DNA of 64,000 bases. Source: Escherichia coli. Its GTDB lineage: Bacteria > Pseudomonadota > Gammaproteobacteria > Enterobacterales > Enterobacteriaceae. The DNA is taken from NCBI RefSeq assembly GCF_041248615.1, contig NZ_CP158426.1. One strand, written 5' to 3'. A program made the position numbers and the translations under genes. The notes beneath the pieces were generated by a model. That model saw only the letters and a list, made by a program, of their open reading frames with translations. It did no database searches and was not told where the DNA came from. How positions within the stretch are numbered: position 1 is the stretch's first letter; the number at the start of each line of letters is the position of its first letter. This document shows, piece after piece, positions 51,123 through 63,672 of this stretch.

Positions 51123-52457
51123 ATGAGTTCTGCCAAGAAGATCGGGCTATTTGCCTGTACCGGTGTGGTTGCCGGTAATATGATGGGGAGCGGTATTGCA
51201 TTATTACCTGCGAACCTAGCAAGTATCGGTGGTATTGCTATCTGGGGTTGGATTATCTCTATTATTGGTGCAATGTCGCTGGCGTATGTATATGCCCGAC
51301 TGGCAACAAAAAACCCGCAACAAGGTGGCCCAATTGCTTATGCCGGAGAAATTTCCCCTGCATTTGGTTTTCAGACAGGTGTTCTTTATTACCATGCTAA
51401 CTGGATTGGTAACCTGGCGATTGGTATTACCGCTGTATCTTATCTTTCCACCTTCTTCCCAGTATTAAATGATCCTGTTCCGGCGGGTATCGCCTGTATT
51501 GCTATCGTCTGGGTATTTACCTTTGTAAATATGCTCGGCGGTACCTGGGTAAGCCGTTTAACCACTATTGGTCTGGTGCTGGTTCTTATTCCTGTGGTGA
51601 TGACTGCTATTGTTGGCTGGCATTGGTTTGATGCTGCAACTTATGCAGCTAACTGGAATACTGCGGATACCACTGATGGTCATGCGATCATTAAAAGTAT
51701 TCTGCTCTGCCTGTGGGCCTTCGTGGGTGTTGAATCCGCAGCAGTAAGTACTGGTATGGTTAAAAACCCGAAACGTACCGTTCCGCTGGCAACCATGCTG
51801 GGTACTGGTTTAGCAGGTATTGTTTATATCGCTGCGACTCAGGTGCTTTCCGGTATGTATCCGTCTTCTGTAATGGCAGCTTCCGGTGCTCCGTTTGCAA
51901 TCAGTGCTTCAACTATCCTCGGTAACTGGGCTGCGCCGCTGGTTTCTGCATTCACCGCCTTTGCGTGCCTGACTTCTCTGGGCTCCTGGATGATGTTGGT
52001 AGGCCAGGCAGGTGTACGTGCCGCTAACGACGGTAACTTCCCGAAAGTTTATGGTGAAGTCGACAGCAACGGTATTCCGAAAAAAGGTCTGCTGCTGGCT
52101 GCAGTGAAAATGACTGCCCTGATGATCCTCATCACTCTGATGAACTCTGCCGGTGGTAAAGCATCTGACCTGTTCGGTGAACTGACCGGTATCGCAGTAC
52201 TGCTGACTATGCTGCCGTACTTCTACTCTTGCGTTGACCTGATTCGTTTTGAAGGCGTTAACATCCGCAACTTTGTCAGCCTGATCTGCTCTGTACTGGG
52301 TTGCGTGTTCTGCTTCATCGCGCTGATGGGCGCAAGCTCCTTCGAGCTGGCAGGTACCTTCATCGTCAGCCTGATTATTCTGATGTTCTACGCTCGCAAA
52401 ATGCACGAGCGCCAGAGCCACTCAATGGATAACCACACCGCGTCTAACGCACATTAA
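51123..52457 (+). CDS. cadB: Lysine/cadaverine antiporter CadB (444 aa)
   Basis: Translation MSSAKKIGLFACTGVVAGNMMGSGIALLPANLASIGG...; APC-family transporter. Confidence 0.95.
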   Translation: MSSAKKIGLFACTGVVAGNMMGSGIALLPANLASIGGIAIWGWIISIIGAMSLAYVYARLATKNPQQGGPIAYAGEISPAFGFQTGVLYYHANWIGNLAIGITAVSYLSTFFPVLNDPVPAGIACIAIVWVFTFVNMLGGTWVSRLTTIGLVLVLIPVVMTAIVGWHWFDAATYAANWNTADTTDGHAIIKSILLCLWAFVGVESAAVSTGMVKNPKRTVPLATMLGTGLAGIVYIAATQVLSGMYPSSVMAASGAPFAISASTILGNWAAPLVSAFTAFACLTSLGSWMMLVGQAGVRAANDGNFPKVYGEVDSNGIPKKGLLLAAVKMTALMILITLMNSAGGKASDLFGELTGIAVLLTMLPYFYSCVDLIRFEGVNIRNFVSLICSVLGCVFCFIALMGASSFELAGTFIVSLIILMFYARKMHERQSHSMDNHTASNAH

Positions 52458-52536
52458 TTAAAAGTATTTTCCGAGGCTCCTCCTTTCATTTTGTCCCATG
52501 TGTTGGGAGGGGCCTTTTTTACCTGGAGATATGACT

Positions 52537-54684
52537 ATGAACGTTATTGCAATATTGAATCACATGGGGGTTTATTTTAAAGAAGAACCCATCCGTGAAC
52601 TTCATCGCGCGCTTGAACGTCTGAACTTCCAGATTGTTTACCCGAACGACCGTGACGACTTATTAAAACTGATCGAAAACAATGCGCGTCTGTGCGGCGT
52701 TATTTTTGACTGGGATAAATATAATCTCGAGCTGTGCGAAGAAATTAGCAAAATGAACGAGAACCTGCCGTTGTACGCGTTCGCTAATACGTATTCCACT
52801 CTCGATGTAAGCCTGAATGACCTGCGTTTACAGATTAGCTTCTTTGAATATGCGCTGGGTGCTGCTGAAGATATTGCTAACAAGATCAAGCAGACCACTG
52901 ACGAATATATCAACACTATTCTGCCTCCGCTGACCAAAGCATTGTTTAAATATGTTCGTGAAGGTAAATATACTTTCTGTACTCCTGGTCACATGGGCGG
53001 TACTGCATTCCAGAAAAGCCCGGTAGGTAGCCTGTTCTATGATTTCTTTGGTCCGAACACCATGAAATCTGATATTTCCATTTCAGTATCTGAACTGGGT
53101 TCTCTGCTGGATCACAGTGGTCCACACAAAGAAGCAGAACAGTATATCGCTCGCGTCTTTAACGCAGACCGCAGCTACATGGTGACCAACGGTACTTCCA
53201 CTGCGAACAAAATTGTTGGTATGTACTCTGCTCCGGCAGGCAGCACCATTCTGATTGACCGTAACTGCCACAAATCGCTGACCCACCTGATGATGATGAG
53301 CGATGTTACGCCAATCTATTTCCGCCCGACCCGTAACGCTTACGGTATTCTTGGTGGTATCCCACAGAGTGAATTCCAGCACGCTACCATTGCTAAGCGC
53401 GTGAAAGAAACACCAAACGCGACCTGGCCGGTACATGCCGTAATTACCAACTCTACCTATGATGGTCTGCTGTACAACACCGACTTCATCAAGAAAACAC
53501 TGGATGTGAAATCCATCCACTTTGACTCCGCGTGGGTGCCTTACACCAACTTCTCACCGATTTACGAAGGTAAATGCGGTATGAGCGGTGGCCGTGTAGA
53601 AGGGAAAGTGATTTACGAAACCCAGTCTACTCACAAACTGCTGGCGGCGTTCTCTCAGGCTTCCATGATCCACGTTAAAGGTGACGTAAACGAAGAAACC
53701 TTTAACGAAGCCTACATGATGCACACCACCACTTCTCCGCACTACGGTATCGTGGCGTCCACTGAAACCGCTGCGGCGATGATGAAAGGCAATGCAGGTA
53801 AGCGTCTGATCAACGGTTCCATTGAACGTGCGATCAAATTCCGTAAAGAGATCAAACGTCTGAGAACGGAATCTGATGGCTGGTTCTTTGATGTATGGCA
53901 GCCGGATCATATCGATACCACTGAATGCTGGCCGCTGCGTTCTGACAGCACCTGGCACGGCTTCAAAAACATCGATAACGAGCACATGTATCTTGACCCG
54001 ATCAAAGTCACCCTGCTGACTCCGGGGATGGAAAAAGACGGCACCATGAGCGACTTCGGTATTCCGGCCAGCATCGTGGCGAAATACCTCGACGAACATG
54101 GCATAGTTGTTGAGAAAACCGGTCCGTATAACCTGCTGTTCCTGTTCAGCATCGGTATCGATAAGACCAAAGCACTGAGCCTGCTGCGTGCTCTGACAGA
54201 CTTCAAACGTGCGTTCGATCTGAACCTGCGTGTGAAAAACATGCTGCCGTCTCTGTATCGTGAAGATCCTGAATTCTATGAAAACATGCGTATTCAGGAA
54301 CTGGCTCAGAATATCCACAAACTGATTGTTCACCACAATCTGCCGGATCTGATGTATCGCGCATTTGAAGTTCTGCCGACCATGGTAATGACTCCGTATG
54401 CTGCGTTCCAGAAAGAGCTGCACGGTATGACCGAAGAAGTTTACCTCGACGAAATGGTAGGTCGTATTAACGCCAATATGATCCTTCCGTATCCGCCGGG
54501 AGTTCCTCTGGTAATGCCGGGTGAAATGATCACCGAAGAAAGCCGTCCGGTTCTGGAGTTCCTGCAGATGCTGTGTGAAATCGGCGCTCACTATCCGGGC
54601 TTTGAAACCGATATTCACGGTGCATACCGTCAGGCTGATGGCCGCTATACCGTTAAGGTATTGAAAGAAGAAAGCAAAAAATAA
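52537..54684 (+). CDS. cadA: Inducible lysine decarboxylase CadA (715 aa from ATG at 52537)
   Basis: Translation MNVIAILNHMGVYFKEEPIRELHRALERLNFQIVYPNDRDDLL... with the PLP-binding fold; the 715-aa form matches recalled CadA. Confidence 0.97.
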   Translation: MNVIAILNHMGVYFKEEPIRELHRALERLNFQIVYPNDRDDLLKLIENNARLCGVIFDWDKYNLELCEEISKMNENLPLYAFANTYSTLDVSLNDLRLQISFFEYALGAAEDIANKIKQTTDEYINTILPPLTKALFKYVREGKYTFCTPGHMGGTAFQKSPVGSLFYDFFGPNTMKSDISISVSELGSLLDHSGPHKEAEQYIARVFNADRSYMVTNGTSTANKIVGMYSAPAGSTILIDRNCHKSLTHLMMMSDVTPIYFRPTRNAYGILGGIPQSEFQHATIAKRVKETPNATWPVHAVITNSTYDGLLYNTDFIKKTLDVKSIHFDSAWVPYTNFSPIYEGKCGMSGGRVEGKVIYETQSTHKLLAAFSQASMIHVKGDVNEETFNEAYMMHTTTSPHYGIVASTETAAAMMKGNAGKRLINGSIERAIKFRKEIKRLRTESDGWFFDVWQPDHIDTTECWPLRSDSTWHGFKNIDNEHMYLDPIKVTLLTPGMEKDGTMSDFGIPASIVAKYLDEHGIVVEKTGPYNLLFLFSIGIDKTKALSLLRALTDFKRAFDLNLRVKNMLPSLYREDPEFYENMRIQELAQNIHKLIVHHNLPDLMYRAFEVLPTMVMTPYAAFQKELHGMTEEVYLDEMVGRINANMILPYPPGVPLVMPGEMITEESRPVLEFLQMLCEIGAHYPGFETDIHGAYRQADGRYTVKVLKEESKK

Positions 54685-54696
54685 TTAGCTCGTACA

Positions 54697-54726
54697 AGGG
54701 AAGTGGCTTGCCACTTCCCTTTTTTG
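54697..54726 (+). terminator. cadBA Rho-independent terminator
   Basis: gggaagtggc-ttg-ccacttccc hairpin followed by TTTTTTGCT. Confidence 0.8.
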
Positions 54727-54742
54727 CTCATAAGGAGAACAC

Positions 54743-56200
54743 ATGAAAACACCCTCACAGCCGCGCGCGATATACTATATCGTGGCGATCCAAATCTGGG
54801 AGTACTTCAGTTTTTACGGCATGCGTGCCTTACTCATTCTCTATCTCACCCATCAGCTTGGTTTTGATGATAACCATGCCATCAGCCTGTTCAGCGCATA
54901 TGCATCTCTGGTTTACGTTACCCCTATTCTCGGCGGCTGGCTTGCCGACCGCCTGCTCGGCAACCGCACTGCAGTGATTGCCGGCGCGCTGTTAATGACC
55001 CTTGGCCATGTGGTGCTGGGCATTGATACAAATTCAACTTTTAGCCTGTATCTGGCGCTGGCAATCATTATTTGTGGCTACGGTTTATTCAAATCAAACA
55101 TCAGCTGTTTGCTTGGCGAGCTCTACGACGAGAACGATCATCGACGTGATGGCGGTTTTTCGCTGCTGTATGCTGCGGGCAATATCGGTTCTATCGCAGC
55201 CCCAATCGCCTGCGGCCTGGCTGCTCAGTGGTATGGATGGCATGTTGGCTTTGCCCTTGCGGGTGGCGGCATGTTTATCGGTTTGTTGATTTTCTTAAGC
55301 GGTCATCGTCATTTCCAGTCCACGCGTAGTATGGATAAAAAAGCGCTAACAAGCGTTAAATTTGCCTTACCAGTATGGAGCTGGTTAGTGGTGATGCTCT
55401 GTTTAGCCCCTGTATTTTTTACCCTGCTGCTGGAGAACGACTGGTCAGGATATTTGCTGGCGATCGTTTGCCTCATTGCCGCACAAATCATTGCCCGCAT
55501 GATGATCAAATTCCCCGAACACCGCCGTGCTCTTTGGCAAATTGTATTGTTGATGTTTGTCGGGACGTTGTTCTGGGTACTGGCACAACAGGGCGGCAGT
55601 ACCATCAGCTTGTTTATCGATCGCTTTGTGAATCGTCAGGCATTCAATATTGAAGTACCTACAGCACTATTCCAGTCGGTGAATGCCATTGCGGTGATGC
55701 TCGCTGGGGTTGTTCTGGCCTGGCTGGCGTCGCCAGAAAGCCGCGGCAATTCAGCATTGCGCGTCTGGCTGAAGTTTGCCTTTGGCTTACTGCTGATGGC
55801 TTGTGGCTTTATGTTGCTGGCATTTGATGCCCGACATGCAGCGGCTGGCGGTCAAGCGTCAATGGGCGTGATGGTATCCGGGCTGGCGCTAATGGGCTTT
55901 GCTGAACTCTTTATTGACCCGGTGGCGATTGCGCAAATCACGCGTCTGAAAATGTCTGGCGTATTAACCGGTATTTATATGCTGGCAACAGGCGCGGTCG
56001 CCAACTGGCTGGCAGGCGTCGTGGCACAGCAGACGACAGAGTCGCAAATTAGCGGTATGGCAATTGCCGCTTACCAGCGATTCTTTTCTCAGATGGGAGA
56101 GTGGACGTTGGCTTGTGTCGCGATCATCGTGGTATTGGCCTTTGCTACCCGTTTTCTGTTTAGCACGCCGACGAATATGATACAGGAGAGTAACGATTAA
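54743..56200 (+). CDS. dtpC: Proton-dependent dipeptide/tripeptide permease DtpC (485 aa)
   Basis: Translation [36 protein letters not shown]... (POT/PTR2 family signature). Confidence 0.9.
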   Translation: MKTPSQPRAIYYIVAIQIWEYFSFYGMRALLILYLTHQLGFDDNHAISLFSAYASLVYVTPILGGWLADRLLGNRTAVIAGALLMTLGHVVLGIDTNSTFSLYLALAIIICGYGLFKSNISCLLGELYDENDHRRDGGFSLLYAAGNIGSIAAPIACGLAAQWYGWHVGFALAGGGMFIGLLIFLSGHRHFQSTRSMDKKALTSVKFALPVWSWLVVMLCLAPVFFTLLLENDWSGYLLAIVCLIAAQIIARMMIKFPEHRRALWQIVLLMFVGTLFWVLAQQGGSTISLFIDRFVNRQAFNIEVPTALFQSVNAIAVMLAGVVLAWLASPESRGNSALRVWLKFAFGLLLMACGFMLLAFDARHAAAGGQASMGVMVSGLALMGFAELFIDPVAIAQITRLKMSGVLTGIYMLATGAVANWLAGVVAQQTTESQISGMAIAAYQRFFSQMGEWTLACVAIIVVLAFATRFLFSTPTNMIQESND

Positions 56201-56436
56201 CTGTCGTAAAAACAATTGGTTATGAATAAATTAACTTTCAGTTTATCACACTAGCAAATCGAGATTAATAAGTCATTTAAACCATTTTTATGGTTATTTA
56301 TTAGTGATATCAACTTGAGGTAAGCGTTAGTTTCGATAAGATAAACTGAGTTATTAATAGTCGAGGCAGATAATACAGTGTACCGATCTGTCTCTTTATC
56401 TACGCTAAATTGAAAGCTGGATTTAGAGGAACCAAA

Positions 56437-57954
56437 ATGTCTGAACGAGAAACACGGGGAGCCAATGAGGCTATTGATTTTAACGATGAACTGAGAAATC
56501 GCCGCGAAAAACTGGCGGCACTACGTCAGCAAGGTGTGGCGTTTCCCAATGATTTTCGCCGCGACCATACCTCTGACCAGTTGCACGAAGAGTTTGATGC
56601 GAAGGATAACCAGGAACTGGAATCCTTAAACATTGAAGTCTCGGTTGCTGGCCGAATGATGACCCGTCGTATCATGGGGAAAGCCTCCTTTGTAACGTTG
56701 CAGGATGTCGGTGGCCGTATTCAACTGTACGTCGCACGAGATAGCCTGCCAGAAGGTGTTTATAACGATCAGTTTAAAAAATGGGATCTGGGTGACATTA
56801 TCGGTGCCCGCGGTACGCTGTTTAAGACGCAAACGGGTGAGCTTTCCATTCACTGTACTGAGCTGCGCCTGCTGACTAAAGCACTACGTCCTTTACCAGA
56901 TAAATTCCATGGTCTGCAGGATCAGGAAGTCCGTTATCGTCAACGTTATCTGGACCTCATCGCTAACGATAAATCCCGTCAAACGTTTGTTGTCCGTTCA
57001 AAAATTCTGGCCGCTATCCGTCAGTTCATGGTCGCGCGCGGCTTTATGGAAGTAGAAACCCCGATGATGCAGGTAATTCCAGGTGGGGCATCTGCTCGCC
57101 CGTTTATTACCCATCATAACGCTCTGGATTTAGATATGTACCTGCGTATCGCGCCAGAGCTGTATCTGAAACGTCTGGTTGTAGGCGGTTTTGAACGGGT
57201 ATTCGAAATCAACCGTAACTTCCGTAATGAAGGTATTTCTGTTCGCCATAATCCTGAGTTCACAATGATGGAACTCTACATGGCGTATGCGGATTACCAC
57301 GATTTGATTGAACTGACAGAGTCACTGTTCCGCACCCTGGCACAAGAGGTTCTGGGTACCACTAAAGTCACTTATGGCGAGCATGTGTTTGATTTCGGCA
57401 AACCGTTTGAAAAACTCACCATGCGCGAAGCAATCAAAAAATATCGTCCAGAAACCGATATGGCCGACCTGGATAATTTTGATGCCGCTAAAGCATTAGC
57501 TGAATCTATTGGTATTACGGTAGAGAAAAGCTGGGGGCTGGGACGTATTGTCACGGAGATCTTTGATGAAGTGGCAGAAGCACATCTGATTCAGCCAACC
57601 TTTATTACGGAATATCCCGCAGAAGTGTCACCGCTGGCGCGCCGTAATGATGTTAACCCGGAAATCACCGACCGATTTGAATTCTTCATCGGTGGTCGTG
57701 AAATCGGTAATGGTTTTAGCGAATTAAACGACGCAGAAGATCAGGCTGAACGTTTCCAGGAACAGGTTAACGCTAAAGCTGCAGGTGACGACGAAGCCAT
57801 GTTCTATGACGAAGATTACGTGACTGCGCTGGAATATGGTTTGCCACCAACCGCTGGTCTGGGTATTGGTATCGACCGAATGATTATGCTGTTTACAAAC
57901 AGTCATACTATTCGCGACGTTATTCTCTTCCCGGCGATGCGCCCACAGAAATAA
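56437..57954 (+). CDS. lysU: Lysine--tRNA ligase, heat-inducible isoform LysU (505 aa from ATG at 56437)
   Basis: Translation MSE(R/Q)[29 protein letters not shown]... (class II aaRS); assigned lysU rather than lysS by its position next to the cad/dtpC genes. Confidence 0.95.
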   Translation: MSERETRGANEAIDFNDELRNRREKLAALRQQGVAFPNDFRRDHTSDQLHEEFDAKDNQELESLNIEVSVAGRMMTRRIMGKASFVTLQDVGGRIQLYVARDSLPEGVYNDQFKKWDLGDIIGARGTLFKTQTGELSIHCTELRLLTKALRPLPDKFHGLQDQEVRYRQRYLDLIANDKSRQTFVVRSKILAAIRQFMVARGFMEVETPMMQVIPGGASARPFITHHNALDLDMYLRIAPELYLKRLVVGGFERVFEINRNFRNEGISVRHNPEFTMMELYMAYADYHDLIELTESLFRTLAQEVLGTTKVTYGEHVFDFGKPFEKLTMREAIKKYRPETDMADLDNFDAAKALAESIGITVEKSWGLGRIVTEIFDEVAEAHLIQPTFITEYPAEVSPLARRNDVNPEITDRFEFFIGGREIGNGFSELNDAEDQAERFQEQVNAKAAGDDEAMFYDEDYVTALEYGLPPTAGLGIGIDRMIMLFTNSHTIRDVILFPAMRPQK

Positions 57955-58072
57955 TTTTCACTTTAATGAACGAAGCAGTCAGGCGACTGCTTCGTTCATC
58001 ATTCCGCAAATCCAGTTTTGAGGAGAGACGCTTCGTTTCACGATAACCAGCGGGTCCACTCAACTACAGCTC

Positions 58073-58246
58073 CTAAAAGAGAGAAAAAAGTAATGCCACA
58101 GGCAGACTCATTGGCCAGGTTATTCCTACCAGGAATGCACTAAGTAAACGAATATGTGTTTTCTCATGTGAGATAAACCAGATAATGACAAAGGATATGT
58201 TCACACCAATCACATAAAAAATTAATATTTTAGAGAATAGTGCCAT
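58073..58246 (-). CDS. ghoT: Type V toxin GhoT, small membrane-lytic peptide (57 aa)
   Basis: Hand translation MALFSKILIFYVIGVNISFVIIWFISHEKTHIRLLSAFLVGITWPMSLPVALLFSLF, TAG stop at 58073-58075; immediately downstream of ghoS. Below the ORF-track cutoff. Confidence 0.85.
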   Translation of the reverse strand: MALFSKILIFYVIGVNISFVIIWFISHEKTHIRLLSAFLVGITWPMSLPVALLFSLF

Positions 58247-58273
58247 TTTTTATGTTCTTCTTATCCTTCCTGG

Positions 58274-58570
58274 CTACTTGTAAAACTGACGGAAATAATC
58301 ATCAACTGTCATAATGTTGAGGTCAAAGTCAATATCCGGTAAGTCTAAGCATTTAAGCCTGATTAAATCTTCGATTTCACTTGCGGCTAACGATGTCGTT
58401 ATTGCGAAGGAGTTTTCATTCAATTGTCGTGGTATCCCATATTCATCAGCCACGATAGAGGAGAAATTCATATCATACATCAATGATCTTAACCTTAAGA
58501 ACACTGAGGAATAAGATGATGGATAATCAAAAGAAACAACATAAGTATTGAACTTGTTTTTACCTTCCAT
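58274..58570 (-). CDS. ghoS: Type V antitoxin GhoS, sequence-specific endoribonuclease (98 aa)
   Basis: ORF translation MEGKNKFNTYVVSFDYPSSYSSVFLRLRSLMYDMNFSSIVADEYGIPRQLNEN... matches GhoS (YjdK). Confidence 0.85.
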   Translation of the reverse strand: MEGKNKFNTYVVSFDYPSSYSSVFLRLRSLMYDMNFSSIVADEYGIPRQLNENSFAITTSLAASEIEDLIRLKCLDLPDIDFDLNIMTVDDYFRQFYK

Positions 58571-58798
58571 AATATGACTCCTATCAATATTGAACGCTCT
58601 GGGGACGCAAAACTTATTAACCCCGATCGATGATTTTCATATAGGAGATATTCTTTTTTTTTTGCTCAGTAAAGGGGATGACTTGGGACAAAAAAACGCT
58701 CTCTCTGACCATTCTTTGTGCATCCCCCTACCCTTCAGATACTCTCCTGCATCACACCGCGGAGAGCAAGAAAAATATCGTGACTCTGTACTCTCCCA

Positions 58799-59071
58799 TC
58801 AACTTCGAATATCATCATACTCACGCGTTTTATCAAATTCGTGTTTCGCAAATGGGCATAGTGGGATAATTTTTCGTTTTTCCCGACGCATTTTTTCCAC
58901 GACTTTCGCAACCAGCTGTTTACCAATCCCTTGCCCTTTCAGGCTTTCATCGACATCGGTATGTTCGATAATCGCTAAATTCTCTCCGGTCGGCACAAAG
59001 ACAATTTCAGCGATTTGCTTGCCCTGTTCGTCATTAATGTAAAATTTATTGTGGCCTTCGCGTATTTCCAT
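58799..59071 (-). CDS. yjdJ: GNAT-family acetyltransferase-like protein YjdJ (90 aa)
   Basis: ORF translation [54 protein letters not shown]...; GNAT motif A (Q/RxxGxG/A). Confidence 0.8.
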   Translation of the reverse strand: MEIREGHNKFYINDEQGKQIAEIVFVPTGENLAIIEHTDVDESLKGQGIGKQLVAKVVEKMRREKRKIIPLCPFAKHEFDKTREYDDIRS

Positions 59072-59082
59072 TTTACCCTCGC

Positions 59083-59313
59083 TTATTTATGACGGTATTT
59101 CAGCGCGCCACTCGGGCACGTATCAATCACTTTAACCACAGTGGCAACGTCGACTTCATCCGGCATGATCCACGGCTTTCGTTTGAGATTAAATAACTTG
59201 CCGTTGCCACGTACGCAATTGCCAGAATGCTGACATATCGCAGTGTTGAAATAGACATCGATCTTTTCGCCGGTATAACAGCGATAACCCCCGTCCAGTA
59301 GCGCCTGATCCAT
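59083..59313 (-). CDS. yjdI: Small Cys-rich protein YjdI (76 aa from ATG at 59313)
   Basis: Translation [55 protein letters not shown]...; the ORF track shows a 102-aa extended version. Confidence 0.8.
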   Translation of the reverse strand: MDQALLDGGYRCYTGEKIDVYFNTAICQHSGNCVRGNGKLFNLKRKPWIMPDEVDVATVVKVIDTCPSGALKYRHK

Positions 59314-59332
59314 GACCTTCCCTCTCTCATCA

Positions 59333-60597
<1,265 letters not shown>

Positions 60598-60754
60598 GAT
60601 TATCGCTATAAGCATAGCCCCGGAATCTTCATACAGCACTGGCAGTTTCCGTTGCCAGAGTCTCTTCCCCTATATAGCCAATCATTCTTACTCCCTTTGA
60701 ATTACCCGCCTCATCAGAGATAATGCTTAAGAAATTTGTCACACAAGGAAGCTG

Positions 60755-62386
60755 ATGAGACATTCATTGCCCTACCGCATGTTACGCAAACGTCCGATGA
60801 AATTGAGTACCACAGTGATCTTAATGGTCAGCGCGGTACTGTTCTCGGTGCTATTGGTGGTGCATCTGATTTACTTCTCGCAAATCAGTGATATGACGCG
60901 AGACGGGCTAGCCAACAAGGCACTGGCGGTGGCGCGTACCCTCGCCGACTCGCCGGAAATCCGTCAGGGCTTGCAGAAAAAACCGCAGGAGAGCGGCATC
61001 CAGGCCATCGCGGAAGCCGTGCGCAAACGCAACGATCTGCTGTTTATTGTCGTTACCGATATGCAAAGTCTTCGCTACTCGCATCCTGAAGCCCAGCGTA
61101 TTGGTCAGCCATTTAAAGGTGATGACATCCTTAAAGCGCTGAATGGCGAAGAAAATGTCGCTATCAATCGCGGTTTTCTGGCGCAGGCTTTACGCGTATT
61201 TACCCCCATCTACGATGAAAATCATAAGCAAATTGGCGTGGTGGCGATCGGCCTTGAGTTAAGCCGCGTGACCCAACAGATCAATGACAGTCGCTGGAGC
61301 ATTATCTGGTCGGTATTATTTGGCATGCTGGTCGGACTGATTGGCACCTGCATTCTGGTTAAAGTATTGAAAAAAATCCTTTTCGGCCTGGAACCCTACG
61401 AAATCTCCACGCTGTTTGAGCAACGCCAGGCCATGTTGCAGTCCATCAAAGAAGGCGTCGTTGCCGTGGACGATCGCGGCGAGGTCACGCTGATCAACGA
61501 TGCCGCACAAGAATTGCTGAATTACCGTAAGTCGCAGGACGATGAGAAGCTGTCGACGCTAAGCCACTCGTGGTCACAGGTAGTAGATGTCTCGGAAGTG
61601 TTACGCGACGGTACGCCGCGCCGCGACGAAGAGATTACGATTAAAGACCGGCTATTACTGATCAACACCGTTCCGGTGCGCAGTAATGGCGTTATCATCG
61701 GTGCCATTTCAACCTTCAGAGACAAAACTGAAGTACGTAAACTGATGCAGCGACTCGACGGTCTGGTCAACTATGCTGACGCACTTCGTGAACGATCCCA
61801 CGAATTTATGAATAAATTGCATGTGATTCTCGGATTATTGCATCTGAAGAGTTATAAGCAGTTGGAAGATTACATTCTCAAAACAGCCAATAACTATCAG
61901 GAAGAGATTGGCTCTCTGCTGGGTAAGATCAAATCTCCGGTTATCGCTGGTTTTTTAATCAGCAAGATTAACCGCGCGACCGATTTAGGCCATACGCTGA
62001 TTTTAAACAGTGAAAGCCAACTGCCAGACAGCGGCAGTGAGGACCAGGTCGCGACGCTGATTACCACATTGGGAAATCTGATAGAAAACGCGCTGGAAGC
62101 ATTAGGGCCGGAACCCGGAGGCGAAATTAGCGTAACATTGCACTACCGTCACGGCTGGCTGCACTGTGAAGTTAACGATGATGGACCGGGGATCGCACCC
62201 GACAAAATCGATCACATTTTTGACAAAGGTGTCTCGACAAAAGGAAGCGAGCGAGGCGTCGGTTTAGCACTTGTCAAACAACAGGTAGAAAATCTCGGCG
62301 GCAGCATCGCCGTGGAATCGGAACCCGGGATTTTCACACAATTTTTTGTCCAGATACCCTGGGACGGGGAGAGGTCGAACAGATGA
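60755..62386 (+). CDS. dcuS: C4-dicarboxylate sensor histidine kinase DcuS (543 aa)
   Basis: Translation with two TM helices, a periplasmic PAS domain, cytoplasmic PAS and HisKA/HATPase domains; full-length match to DcuS. Confidence 0.95.
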   Translation: MRHSLPYRMLRKRPMKLSTTVILMVSAVLFSVLLVVHLIYFSQISDMTRDGLANKALAVARTLADSPEIRQGLQKKPQESGIQAIAEAVRKRNDLLFIVVTDMQSLRYSHPEAQRIGQPFKGDDILKALNGEENVAINRGFLAQALRVFTPIYDENHKQIGVVAIGLELSRVTQQINDSRWSIIWSVLFGMLVGLIGTCILVKVLKKILFGLEPYEISTLFEQRQAMLQSIKEGVVAVDDRGEVTLINDAAQELLNYRKSQDDEKLSTLSHSWSQVVDVSEVLRDGTPRRDEEITIKDRLLLINTVPVRSNGVIIGAISTFRDKTEVRKLMQRLDGLVNYADALRERSHEFMNKLHVILGLLHLKSYKQLEDYILKTANNYQEEIGSLLGKIKSPVIAGFLISKINRATDLGHTLILNSESQLPDSGSEDQVATLITTLGNLIENALEALGPEPGGEISVTLHYRHGWLHCEVNDDGPGIAPDKIDHIFDKGVSTKGSERGVGLALVKQQVENLGGSIAVESEPGIFTQFFVQIPWDGERSNR

Positions 62387-63102
62387 TCAATGTATTAATT
62401 ATCGATGACGACGCAATGGTCGCGGAGCTGAATCGCCGATACGTAGCACAAATCCCAGGCTTTCAATGCTGTGGAACAGCCTCGACGCTGGAGAAAGCCA
62501 AAGAGATTATCTTCAATAGCGATACGCCTATCGACCTGATATTGCTCGATATCTATATGCAAAAAGAGAACGGGCTCGATTTACTGCCTGTCCTGCATAA
62601 CGCGCGTTGCAAAAGTGATGTGATTGTCATCTCCTCCGCAGCCGATGCGGCAACCATTAAAGATTCCCTGCATTACGGTGTTGTGGATTACCTGATCAAA
62701 CCCTTCCAGGCTTCCCGCTTTGAAGAGGCGCTCACCGGCTGGCGGCAAAAGAAAATGGCGCTGGAAAAACATCAGTATTATGACCAGGCCGAGCTTGATC
62801 AGCTAATCCACGGCAGCAGCTCCAACGAGCAGGATCCTCGTCGCTTGCCAAAAGGCTTAACGCCGCAGACGTTACGCACGCTGTGCCAGTGGATTGACGC
62901 GCATCAGGACTATGAGTTTTCAACCGACGAGCTGGCTAACGAGGTTAACATCTCGCGTGTTTCCTGCCGAAAATACCTCATCTGGCTGGTCAACTGCCAC
63001 ATCTTGTTCACCAGTATCCATTATGGCGTCACAGGGCGTCCGGTTTACCGTTACCGTATTCAGGCAGAACACTACTCACTGCTGAAACAATATTGCCAAT
63101 AA
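62383..63102 (+). CDS. dcuR: Response regulator DcuR (239 aa)
   Basis: Translation MINVLIIDDDAMVAELNRRYVAQIPGF... (REC domain plus HTH); start overlaps the dcuS stop by 4 nt. Confidence 0.95.
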   Translation: MINVLIIDDDAMVAELNRRYVAQIPGFQCCGTASTLEKAKEIIFNSDTPIDLILLDIYMQKENGLDLLPVLHNARCKSDVIVISSAADAATIKDSLHYGVVDYLIKPFQASRFEEALTGWRQKKMALEKHQYYDQAELDQLIHGSSSNEQDPRRLPKGLTPQTLRTLCQWIDAHQDYEFSTDELANEVNISRVSCRKYLIWLVNCHILFTSIHYGVTGRPVYRYRIQAEHYSLLKQYCQ

Positions 63103-63672
63103 CGGATCGCTGGTTATCTGTAAGTAATAATTATTACCGTAATGCAAAATACCCCTGGCACAAGTTACATTCTTCATCAGTAAAACTTGTGCCAGATCAA
63201 ATATAATTATCCCTCCATCATCGTTAAAAATTAATATCTCTTCAGATGAACGGTGTTTTTAATTTCAAAACGCTAACAAAAGTTAATTAACTATTATGTC
63301 ACCCGCATTATGTGTATTTTTACCCACAAATGGGTAGATCAGATTAATCTATAAACCTAATGATATCTGCCCTGAGAACAAAAAATAGACCGATAAATAT
63401 CAATAAGATAACAGCAAACAAAACATTAACATCTGCGCAGTACAAACTATAAACCCATCGCCAGAGAGTTTTTCTCTCTGAAAAAGCCGCTTATCACAGT
63501 GCATAAATTTGCCGCTGCTTTAATCAGCCAATATTCACTGTGAGGTATTTGCTAAAGCCGGTAACGACCAAACGGATATTTAGTCAGGCTCTGAAAACAG
63601 TTCATACAAAACAGAACGTGACTGTGATCTATTCAGCAAAAATTTAAATAGGATTATCGCGAGGGTTCACAC

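Noticed and set aside
53554-54618. 354-aa minus-strand ORF inside cadA
   Set aside because: Antisense shadow ORF of cadA.
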